Shown in pieces: positions 45,921-53,593 of a stretch of DNA of 64,000 bases. The translations under genes and the position numbers were made by a program. Source of the DNA: a virus. Below the pieces are notes generated by a model, which had not been told where the DNA came from, did not search any database, and was given only the letters and a program-made list of their open reading frames with translations. Where the stretch lies: positions 24,487 through 88,486 of the IMG/VR virus record IMGVR_UViG_3300030329_001671. One strand, given 5' to 3'. Every line of letters begins with the position of its first letter. Positions within the stretch are counted from its first letter, which is position 1.

Positions 45921-45948
45921 ATATGTATAACAAGACAGGAGAGAAGAA

Positions 45949-46209
45949 ATGACCCTAAAAATCAACAACCTAAATCGTGATGCAGAAGATTATCTGATTG
46001 AGTTCGTACATGGCGAGCAGGAAGCCGACAGAAATTGGTACTCCCCTATCGTAGATGTTCAATCCATCGAAGATGCCGTACAGTGGCTTACCGACAATGA
46101 GTACGATTGGAAGGAGATGGTTCTAAAGTTTGCGCCGAACCAGAAGTGGGACGACATGGATTGGCAAGAAAAGGAGTGGTGGATACAAAAGGAACAAGGC
46201 ATACGATGA
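45949..46209 (+). CDS. Acidic Trp-rich early protein
   Basis: AGGAG RBS; own promoter and terminator. Confidence 0.7.
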   Translation: MTLKINNLNRDAEDYLIEFVHGEQEADRNWYSPIVDVQSIEDAVQWLTDNEYDWKEMVLKFAPNQKWDDMDWQEKEWWIQKEQGIR

Positions 46210-46227
46210 CCCCTACCACTAAACTAA

Positions 46228-46306
46228 TAACCCACCCTAGCAGGTGGGTTTTTATTGTCCAAAATTTAGAAAAATACTTGACGCCTAAAGCAGAAGGTGA
46301 TATAAT
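46228..46306 (+). promoter_or_regulatory. Terminator-motif-promoter cassette, copy 2
   Basis: AACCCACC..GGTGGGTTTTT, CCAAAATTTAGAAAAATAC, TTGACG-17-TATAAT. Confidence 0.85.
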
Positions 46307-46326
46307 TTAGAACAAGGAGGATAGTT

Positions 46327-46542
46327 ATGAAACTACCATTTGATGTACCGATTATCGACACCGAACCACAAGTAGTGAAGAACCGATTCGGTGGAGGGTC
46401 AGCCACCCTAACACCCGAAGCGGTAGCGGTATACGACACAATCATCGGAGCAGAGCAGTTCCACGACTACGAGACAGTTCAGAAGGGTTTAGCTTGGTTC
46501 GTGAAGCACTACCCCGAAGAATATATGGTACTACTAGACTAG
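46327..46542 (+). CDS. Conserved early hypothetical protein
   Basis: NRF.G....LTP...AVYD.I.GAE...GL.WF...YP..YM.LLD motif; AAGGAGG RBS. Confidence 0.75.
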   Translation: MKLPFDVPIIDTEPQVVKNRFGGGSATLTPEAVAVYDTIIGAEQFHDYETVQKGLAWFVKHYPEEYMVLLD

Positions 46543-46559
46543 TAGTCGAACTCACCAGA

Positions 46560-46591
46560 AAGCCCGCCATTCGGCGGGTTTTTTGCTTTTT
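46560..46591 (+). terminator. Rho-independent terminator
   Basis: GCCCGCC-ATTC-GGCGGGT + T-tract. Confidence 0.85.
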
Positions 46592-46699
46592 AGGACAAAA
46601 TTTGAAAAATTCTAAAAATTTACGACCAGATGCCAATTCCTACGTAGTTATAATATAAATGTACCAACTGGGTACACGGCACGAATCAGGAGAAACTGA

Positions 46700-46879
46700 A
46701 TGGCGAAGAACGTCAAACTGCTCGATATTGTAAACGATAGCCCAAATTACGTGATAGATGTAGTTGAGAAACTATGGAGCATCGTTACAGACATACCAAA
46801 ACCAGTTCAAATTGTTCTGGGAGCTGCAATTGTGGGGCTGGTGCTGGAAAACTCCGGCTATATAACCCTCCCCTTTTAG
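46700..46879 (+). CDS. 59-aa membrane microprotein
   Basis: AGGAG RBS; C-terminal TM helix; followed by a terminator at 46908-46950. Confidence 0.6.
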   Translation: MAKNVKLLDIVNDSPNYVIDVVEKLWSIVTDIPKPVQIVLGAAIVGLVLENSGYITLPF

Positions 46880-47035
46880 TAAAAATTTAGAAAATTAGTA
46901 AAGACAGCCCGGCTTCCGCCCTACACTGGGGGAGCCGGGTTTTTATTTTTACCCGGTACAGCTGCAGGATCATTGGGTACAGCTGCAGGCTCGCCCAGTA
47001 TAGCTCAGGCCAGAAAAGAAAAATTTTAGAAAAAC

Positions 47036-47064
47036 TTGACAGAGCAGATTCTACCCCTTATAAT
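47036..47064 (+). promoter_or_regulatory. Early promoter
   Basis: Perfect TTGACA-17-TATAAT preceded by AAAATTTTAGAAAAA. Confidence 0.85.
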
Positions 47065-47095
47065 AAGGAGACAACATTTAGAGCAAGGAGAGAAA

Positions 47096-47476
47096 ATGGG
47101 TTTTGAATCATTAGGAAGAAAAGAAGCCAAATTTTTGGCATCAGTTAGTCAAGAGAAACTAGCCGAAACGTTCAAAGAAATGGGTTTGACCGTCGATATG
47201 GGACGTTCTACCTATTACGCCGAAGGTCACAAGTTAGACTTCAAGTTCTCGGTGGAACTACCTGAGAAAGCGGACGTTATGAAAAATTCAGAACTTTCGT
47301 TATATGGGTTAGATGCTAAGGTCGGAGATGAGTTCTCGGATTGGAGTGGAACTAAGTTCCGAATACTCGGAGTCAACAAAAAAGCTAGGAAGTACCCTAT
47401 CAAGATACTACGTCTAAGCGATAACTCACAACGAAAAGCACCTGTTGACTTTGTTCGGCGAGCATTGAAAGGATAA
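47096..47476 (+). CDS. Early hypothetical protein
   Basis: AAGGAG RBS; YGL...VG.EF....F.I.G......KYP motif. Confidence 0.7.
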   Translation: MGFESLGRKEAKFLASVSQEKLAETFKEMGLTVDMGRSTYYAEGHKLDFKFSVELPEKADVMKNSELSLYGLDAKVGDEFSDWSGTKFRILGVNKKARKYPIKILRLSDNSQRKAPVDFVRRALKG

Positions 47477-47494
47477 AAATTTAGAAAATTTAGA

Positions 47495-47552
47495 AAACCC
47501 GTCAGTGATGGCGGGTTTTTTATTTGACATATATCGAATATGGGTGTAAAGT
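47495..47552 (+). promoter_or_regulatory. Terminator fused to next early promoter
   Basis: AACCCGTCA-GTGA-TGGCGGGTT + T-tract, then TTGACA-17-TAAAGT. Confidence 0.75.
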
Positions 47553-47580
47553 ACATATAACGAAAACAAGGAGCGAGAAA

Positions 47581-47793
47581 ATGAAAACACTAACAAAACA
47601 ACACCTAGATGAGTTTCTAGTATTAGCTAATGGGTTATCTCCCGAAAACCTACACATGGACGGTGAAGCTACTAAAAAGCAGGTTACGCAACGTCGCAAG
47701 ATTCTAATGGGTCAATGGCGACAGTTAGAAAAAGCCGTTGGAAGAAAAGTCACCGAAGAAGATGTTTGGCAAGAGTTTTTCGCTAGGAGATAA
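47581..47793 (+). CDS. Conserved early hypothetical protein
   Basis: LSPENL..DGE......R...L......LE...GR.V.E motif; AAGGAG RBS. Confidence 0.75.
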   Translation: MKTLTKQHLDEFLVLANGLSPENLHMDGEATKKQVTQRRKILMGQWRQLEKAVGRKVTEEDVWQEFFARR

Positions 47794-47795
47794 GA

Positions 47796-47978
47796 ATGAT
47801 TATTGATACATGCCCAACATGCCACCAAATAATTGATGAGGGAGATATGCCGTTGACCATAGAACAAGCACACATCGATTCTGACGAACACGCCCGACGA
47901 TGTGATGATGAGAATTGCAACGAGTGCGACTACGATTCTAGCGACGTCGATTATGGTGACTATGACCCGTCCGTATAG
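47796..47978 (+). CDS. Small acidic Cys-rich protein
   Basis: CPTC...H...C....C..C; AGGAG RBS. Confidence 0.6.
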   Translation: MIIDTCPTCHQIIDEGDMPLTIEQAHIDSDEHARRCDDENCNECDYDSSDVDYGDYDPSV

Positions 47979-48059
47979 TCAAAAAATGACCCCTTAACCT
48001 AGTTTTGGGGTCATTTTGGTTATTTTGGTCATATATACCAAAATTGACCCTATATATGC

Positions 48060-48087
48060 TTGACACCATATGTCCATATGCTAAAAT
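48060..48087 (+). promoter_or_regulatory. Early promoter
   Basis: TTGACA-16-TAAAAT. Confidence 0.7.
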
Positions 48088-48122
48088 ATAGATACAACAA
48101 AACAAGGAACGGAGAAAATAAC

Positions 48123-48470
48123 ATGAAACTCATCAACGACGAACAAGCCTTTAGCATCTTAGAGGGTACACGGGCGCAAGGTACAATCTTCAACGTAACG
48201 TTCATCAAGCGCACTACGGGTGAGGTACGCAACATGAGAGCAAGACTCGGCGTGAAGCGTGGAGTTACAGGCGTAGGCATGGCATACAAGCCTAGCGAGA
48301 AGAATCTCCTTGCTTGCTACGACGTAGAAAAAGCCAAAGAGATGAAGGCGCAAGGTATGGACGATGTAACCGCATCGAAAAAGTCATACCGCATGATTGA
48401 CCTAAACAGTATCCTCAACATGACGGTAGGCGGTCAAGCATACCAAGTCTACACAACTGAGAAGTTGTAA
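48123..48470 (+). CDS. SH3/WYL-like fold early phage protein
   Basis: F.VTFIKRTTGEVR.M.ARLGV...YD......YR.I.L motif. Confidence 0.7.
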   Translation: MKLINDEQAFSILEGTRAQGTIFNVTFIKRTTGEVRNMRARLGVKRGVTGVGMAYKPSEKNLLACYDVEKAKEMKAQGMDDVTASKKSYRMIDLNSILNMTVGGQAYQVYTTEKL

Positions 48471-48694
48471 GACACCGCACACAAGCCTCTGCGCTCCCTA
48501 CGGGGAGCGTAGGGCGCATAGAAAAGAAATGACATGAACATCATCAGTAAGCTATTACACAAGCACACATACAAGAGAACATACTACTTCGGGCATGTAC
48601 CGATGACAGTATGTACCGCATGTGGACACATAGCCGACTATGGGCGCATGTACTCTAACGGTAGCCACTAACACCCTACCCTATACACCCCACA

Positions 48695-48727
48695 ATATCC
48701 CACTGTAACAAGTGGGATATTTTTTAT
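48695..48727 (+). terminator. Terminator closing the early island
   Basis: ATATCCCACT-GTAACA-AGTGGGATAT + T-tract. Confidence 0.8.
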
Positions 48728-48754
48728 CTGTCAAAAACTGGTGCATGGCCGGGT

Positions 48755-48924
48755 TAGCACATATGTTCTACTCAAAGAAAAAATCTCACCCCACAATCGG
48801 CGTCGTCATCGGTGGCGATATTGTCGGCGTCGTCATCATCATTAGCATTAGCACATATGTTCTATCGGTCAGACATTGCCCCGACGTAATAAAGGGCAAG
48901 TTACGTAATAGAACAAATGTTCTA
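48755..48924. promoter_or_regulatory. Cluster of three LexA/SOS-box-like palindromes
   Basis: TAGCAC-ATAT-GTTCTA at 48755 and 48849; TAGAAC-AAAT-GTTCTA at 48909. Confidence 0.7.
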
Positions 48925-49070
48925 GGGAACCCATAAAGGGAGCCTAGCCATTCCCACGGCGGACGGGAAATCCGAAAAAAGGGGTTATTATAATAAGTAG
49001 TAGACAGCACATAAAACGGTGAAAGTATGATATAATAAAAATAACGCTAGCTATATCGCCGGGGGTTATA

Positions 49071-49346
49071 ATGAAATATGCAGTCCGCACAATAGAGTAT
49101 TTTGCTCATATGGGGGCAGAAGCTAGAACGACCCCTTACCTTGACGATAGAGAGAAGTTGAATCTGATGTCCGAGTACTTCGAGATTATTTTGGATGTAG
49201 TAGACGGTGATATGACTAGAGTAAAAGATTGGCATCTAAAAAGCATCAGAGGAGAAGATAATGAAGACTACGACGAAGAAGAGACTTGGCTTACTGGGAG
49301 CGGCTGTGGCTGCGGTGGGAGTTGTCTATGCGGTCAAGAATCGTAA
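49071..49346 (+). CDS. Acidic protein with Cys-rich tail
   Basis: Ends in GCGCGGSCLCG. Confidence 0.55.
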   Translation: MKYAVRTIEYFAHMGAEARTTPYLDDREKLNLMSEYFEIILDVVDGDMTRVKDWHLKSIRGEDNEDYDEEETWLTGSGCGCGGSCLCGQES

Positions 49347-49461
49347 GGTTATCTCTGAGAAAACCGAAAACGTAAAGGAAAAGGCTGCTTTGCGTGTGCA
49401 TACAAAGCTAGGAATGCCCGCATACAGATACCTGAAAGAAAGGAACTACATACCGTTCTAA
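49261..49461 (+). CDS. Small membrane-anchored protein
   Basis: GAGGAG RBS; LGLLGAAVAAVGVVYAV helix. Confidence 0.6.
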   Translation: MKTTTKKRLGLLGAAVAAVGVVYAVKNRKVISEKTENVKEKAALRVHTKLGMPAYRYLKERNYIPF

Positions 49462-49548
49462 TGAAAACCCTACTTGAAAGAATTGTTGACATGTTGAGGC
49501 GGATACCGAAGACTCCTCCGCCGGCCAAGAACACTAGCTAACATCTAT

Positions 49549-49577
49549 TTGACAAATATTCCCGAAAAATATATCAT
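49549..49577 (+). promoter_or_regulatory. Sigma70-like promoter
   Basis: TTGACA-17-TATCAT. Confidence 0.65.
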
Positions 49578-49610
49578 GAACCCCCGTTTAAGTGGAGAGT
49601 AAGACAAGTA

Positions 49611-49787
49611 ATGCAAAAAGGTGATAGAGTAGAAATTCGTCCGCATCACGACGTTTGGATGATGGGCGACCGATATGGTACAATAGAAAAGGTCGGGCGC
49701 AAATACGTACACGTACATATGGATAAGTCCGATAAAGTACTAAAGTTTGTCGAAAGCGACTTTCTGCTACTGTGGAAGGATAGATAG
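49611..49787 (+). CDS. 58-aa SH3-like microprotein
   Basis: MQKGDRVEIRP..D.WMMGDRYGTIEKVGRKYVHV. Confidence 0.65.
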   Translation: MQKGDRVEIRPHHDVWMMGDRYGTIEKVGRKYVHVHMDKSDKVLKFVESDFLLLWKDR

Positions 49788-49893
49788 TATGCAGACAGGT
49801 CTAAATGTATGCAATCATGGCATAAACATGAAAGATAAGTGTGAGAAGTGCGGAAGAGAAGCATCTTTTCCGACAAGTAGATAGGACAGAGTA

Positions 49894-50127
49894 ATGGCAA
49901 CTCAACGAGAATGGGAAGCAGTAGTATGGCATTTCTTGGCAGATAAGCTAAGAGATACACACCCCAACGAGATAAAACGTTGGATATACGGCTTTGAACC
50001 CGACACTGAAGCGCAGGAAAAGCGGTGGAAGAACGCCATCGCTAAAGTCAAAGGTCAGGTTCAACGATTCGCAGACGAAGAAACCTGCGAAGAGGAGTGT
50101 ATTACTAGAGGACATGACCGTGTATAA
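49894..50127 (+). CDS. Hypothetical protein
   Basis: AGGA RBS. Confidence 0.6.
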   Translation: MATQREWEAVVWHFLADKLRDTHPNEIKRWIYGFEPDTEAQEKRWKNAIAKVKGQVQRFADEETCEEECITRGHDRV

Positions 50128-50407
50128 AAGTATAACTCGATTAGAGTTCGGTAACCGAAGCAAGAGAGGTAAGGCTAGTGGCACAGGGGCAGAGATATCG
50201 CCCGAATGCCAAGCAGTATTTCTCCAACTGAAACCGGGTAAAGGGATAAGAATCCCTCATCTGCACGAAGAATCGGAAAAGGGAGTGTGTAAACTCCTTA
50301 ACCGACTGAACGTGTACCGAACAACACACAACAGGTTTGACATAGCTATGAAGCATGACAGGTCAACCCAAGATTTATTAGTATTCAATTTTGAAGGAGA
50401 AAACTAA
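50114..50407 (+). CDS. Hypothetical protein
   Basis: GAGG RBS before ATG 50114. Confidence 0.55.
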   Translation: MTVYKSITRLEFGNRSKRGKASGTGAEISPECQAVFLQLKPGKGIRIPHLHEESEKGVCKLLNRLNVYRTTHNRFDIAMKHDRSTQDLLVFNFEGEN

Positions 50408-50408
50408 T

Positions 50409-50891
50409 ATGAGTGAAGCTAGTGATTGGCTACAGGAAGTTAAGGCAGTTGTAGAGAAAGGGAGCGTTATCGCCCCCGAAATCTCCAGTAATTTGTCTAC
50501 GCACCTAAATAGTTACGAAACGGTTCTAGAAATTCTTTCACGACCGCCCGAAGAGGTTTCAAAAGTAGTAAGCCTCCTCACAAGCGTTACAGGAAACCAA
50601 CCTGTACCAACACCCCAACCTGAGGCTGTAACGCCTCCTCCTGCGCCTGAACCGCAGGAAATGGATCCTCTAGTCGCACAGGCGATAGGTTCAACTCCCG
50701 CAGGACTAGGCGGTGGTGGAAATGATGCTCCTCCCGCTGCTTTACAGAATTGGATGCAAACCTCAGGAGTTTCGCAAGGAACTTACGATGATGCAGATAT
50801 GAAGTCTAGTGGAATGCGAAAAAGCGCAAACTTGGGAGACAAATCTCCGGGTGGCGGAAGTCCACAGAAGTTGACTAGAGTAGTAGAATAG
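50409..50891 (+). CDS. Pro/Gly-rich hypothetical protein
   Basis: AAGGAG RBS. Confidence 0.65.
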   Translation: MSEASDWLQEVKAVVEKGSVIAPEISSNLSTHLNSYETVLEILSRPPEEVSKVVSLLTSVTGNQPVPTPQPEAVTPPPAPEPQEMDPLVAQAIGSTPAGLGGGGNDAPPAALQNWMQTSGVSQGTYDDADMKSSGMRKSANLGDKSPGGGSPQKLTRVVE

Positions 50892-51085
50892 TGGAAATTA
50901 AAAAAGTTTTAAGTATAGCTTCAGTTATATCGGCTCTACACTTTGTAGAAGACCTAATTCTATTTACTATAGGTCGATATACTGAGGTTACTTTACCTGT
51001 TGTCATAATTGGGGTTGTAGGATTGTCTCTTATTTTAGCCCTGTTGTCTAGAAATCAAAAAATTAAAAAATTTATAGGAAGTTAA
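50891..51085 (+). CDS. Small two-TM membrane protein
   Basis: Hydrophobic; coupled start. Confidence 0.6.
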   Translation: MEIKKVLSIASVISALHFVEDLILFTIGRYTEVTLPVVIIGVVGLSLILALLSRNQKIKKFIGS

Positions 51086-51227
51086 AATGGCTAGGAGATC
51101 TTGGGTAAAATGTGCATGTGGGCATAAATTACATGCTAAGTCGGGAAATACTACTTGTATTCCCTGTATGAAGAAGGCGCAAAAGAATCCTGCCTCTAAA
51201 ACCCTTGTACGGAGAGTAAGATAGCTA

Positions 51228-51641
51228 ATGTACGAATACTACTGTACTGTTCTAAAAATCGTAGATGGAGACACCCTTGACGTTGATATAGACTTGGGGT
51301 TCTCTACTACCCTTAGGAAACAACGTATTCGTATGCACGGCATCGACACTCCTGAGTCTAGAACTAGAGATTTGGAAGAAAAGGCTAGAGGGCTTCTCTC
51401 TAAAGAGTTTTTACAATCCCAATGTCCAGTTGGTTCCAAAGTTCGCCTCTACAGTCACGGAAAAGGTAAGTTTGGAAGAATTCTGGGTGAAATTTATACA
51501 GGATATGGAGACAGTATAAATAAAATAATGTGCGACGAAGGGTTTGCAGTCGAGTACACAGGTGGCAGTAAGGATGAGTTGACTGCGAAACACTTAGCCA
51601 ATAAAGATAAATTAATTGAGAAAGGACTTTTATCCGTATAA
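51228..51641 (+). CDS. Thermonuclease (SNase)-like nuclease
   Basis: VDGDT.DV.IDLGF, RIR..GIDTPESRT, GKFGRILG. Confidence 0.9.
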   Translation: MYEYYCTVLKIVDGDTLDVDIDLGFSTTLRKQRIRMHGIDTPESRTRDLEEKARGLLSKEFLQSQCPVGSKVRLYSHGKGKFGRILGEIYTGYGDSINKIMCDEGFAVEYTGGSKDELTAKHLANKDKLIEKGLLSV

Positions 51642-51774
51642 TATAATGAGGATTAAATGGCAAACAGTAAAGAAGTGCATATACCTAATCATTTTCGACC
51701 TATAGAAGATAGGTGGGAATGGGTCGTTGAGCATAAAACACCTAATAGGTCGGAACGTAGAAAGATGTTGAGGG

Positions 51775-52080
51775 ATGCTCGTAGAGCGGCTAAGAAAGCT
51801 AACCGTGAGGAAAAACGTCTTGGACAATAAATATCTAATAGATTTGTGTAACGCTGCCAAAAATGGTAAAGTTATCCTTCATATAGAGGGTAAATCAAAA
51901 GATTCTTCGCAAATTTTTAAGGGCGGAGGAGCTACAGGAGACTATCATCACACAGGTGAAGGTGGTGAGAACTACTACGAGTTCGATGCGGAAGAAGTTC
52001 GTAAATCTGTCGAACTAAGAGATAATATTTTAGGAGATTTGATTCAGACAGGACCCCAAGTTTCTGTAACTGACCTCTAA
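51775..52080 (+). CDS. Hypothetical protein
   Basis: ORF; start uncertain. Confidence 0.5.
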   Translation: MLVERLRKLTVRKNVLDNKYLIDLCNAAKNGKVILHIEGKSKDSSQIFKGGGATGDYHHTGEGGENYYEFDAEEVRKSVELRDNILGDLIQTGPQVSVTDL

Positions 52081-52095
52081 ACCTATCTTTTTTGC

Positions 52096-52208
52096 GTATA
52101 ATAACAATAGAACAGCACAGAAGAGACAACTTAGGTTGTCTCTTTTTATTTAGACAGAGACCGTGGTAGAAAAGTCTATGGAAATAACCAATCTTAATGG
52201 AGGCCTCA
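52096..52208 (+). promoter_or_regulatory. Putative late promoter and leader, homologous to 29195-29346
   Basis: GTATAATAACAATAGA, hairpin AAGAGACAAC-TTAG-GTTGTCTCTT + T-tract, GAGACC...TAGAAA.GT.TATGGAAA. Confidence 0.55.
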
Positions 52209-53057
52209 ATGCCCAAAGAAGTTGATAATATTGTGTCTGCTCTAATGCAGGACCCTGATTTTCGCCCTGAACAAGGTCGTACTAAAGAAGAATCGGCTTA
52301 TGCTGTCGCTAATTCTAGAATTAGCCAGATGGAAAAAGCCCGAAAAGCTTTATCTTTAGCAAAAATGTTCCCTAAGTGGACAGAAGACCTACTAGATTTA
52401 AAGAAACAACCCCCCGGTGCCGTAGGTCGGCCTACTGGAACTGACCCGTATAAGCGTCCTCACCGAAAAGGAACAGGTACAGGAGCTCATAACTACCCTG
52501 CAACTAGACGCTCCCCCGCTAAACCTGCTGGATCTACTCCTAAAGGACCTCCTCCGTTTCCGGGAGCGCAATGGAATCCTATTACTCACCAATGGCACAA
52601 GCCCGGTCAGGTAGATTTATCTCGACAAGGACCGTCCCCTACGGCTCAAGCAGGTACTCCTAATCCTCAAGTCGCAGGATATAACCCCTACGGACAAAAT
52701 CCTACCCAATATCCGCCTCAAATTCGTAATGATGAGCCTGTAACAGGTTCTAACATAGATGGAATGGTTGGCGCACCTAGTCGTGCTACAGGTGGAGGAT
52801 TTGGTGGAGATGATAACTTCATGGCACTTAATGACATGAACGACGATCAATTAGAGGAAATCATCAACGGAATTAATGACCAAGTTAAATATTGGGACAA
52901 ACAAGGTTATAAAGACATTTCAAATATGTACAAAGCTAAATTATTTGAAGTTGAAGAAGAAATAGACCGCCGAGCTTCAATGGAACGTGGCAAGTTAGAT
53001 AAGAATTTCTCTTGGAGAGATTTGCTGAGGATAAAAGACGAAGAAGGAGATAAATAA
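52209..53057 (+). CDS. Putative head cargo protein (helical N-terminus, Pro-rich middle)
   Basis: GGAGG RBS; MEKA, LAKM and LKKQ sites; PPFPGAQWNPITHQWHKP motif. Confidence 0.65.
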   Translation: MPKEVDNIVSALMQDPDFRPEQGRTKEESAYAVANSRISQMEKARKALSLAKMFPKWTEDLLDLKKQPPGAVGRPTGTDPYKRPHRKGTGTGAHNYPATRRSPAKPAGSTPKGPPPFPGAQWNPITHQWHKPGQVDLSRQGPSPTAQAGTPNPQVAGYNPYGQNPTQYPPQIRNDEPVTGSNIDGMVGAPSRATGGGFGGDDNFMALNDMNDDQLEEIINGINDQVKYWDKQGYKDISNMYKAKLFEVEEEIDRRASMERGKLDKNFSWRDLLRIKDEEGDK

Positions 53058-53593
53058 TGGTAGAACAGGACATGAGTTTCATGAACGAAGCGTTACAAGT
53101 CCAAAAACAGGAAAATAAGGAGAGGGAAACTAAAGAAGCTAATGAAGCTAAAGTTGAAAAACCAAAAGCAGAAACTCCTAAAAAGACAACTAGTAAGCGA
53201 GCGGGAAGAAAAAAGACCGTTGCGAAGAAAGGGGCATCCATCAAAAAGTCTGAGGTAGTTGCTCCTAGTGCAGAAAGAAAGCCTTACTACATAGAAGCGG
53301 AATTGCTAGCGGGTGGAAAGCCAGTAGGTTTTATAGCCGCTCACAAAACTCCTGTAAATAGAGGCTTTTATACCTCTCCAGCAGGATTGGAACTAACATG
53401 GTCAGATCCCGCATATATGGCTAGGATTGAGGGTTTAATGGATAGTGGGGCAAATATTATAGAAGACGGAAAAGTGGTTGAGTCACTTGACCCTAATGTG
53501 GATAGTTGGAAATTTATTGAGAATTTTCCAAGGCTTTTCTTAGGTGAGCCATTTTCAGGTGGAGTAGTTAGGGAGATAGATGAGGATGAATAA
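53057..53593 (+). CDS. Hypothetical protein
   Basis: AAGGAG RBS; charged N-terminus. Confidence 0.65.
   Translation: MVEQDMSFMNEALQVQKQENKERETKEANEAKVEKPKAETPKKTTSKRAGRKKTVAKKGASIKKSEVVAPSAERKPYYIEAELLAGGKPVGFIAAHKTPVNRGFYTSPAGLELTWSDPAYMARIEGLMDSGANIIEDGKVVESLDPNVDSWKFIENFPRLFLGEPFSGGVVREIDEDE

Noticed and set aside
46981-47015. Second tRNA (TATAGCTCAG-like D-arm start)
   Set aside because: No anticodon arm, T arm or acceptor pairing follows.
41717-48122. TTG starts given by the ORF track at 41717, 47036, 47524 and 48060
   Set aside because: These TTGs are the TTGACA -35 boxes; real starts are downstream ATGs with RBSs.
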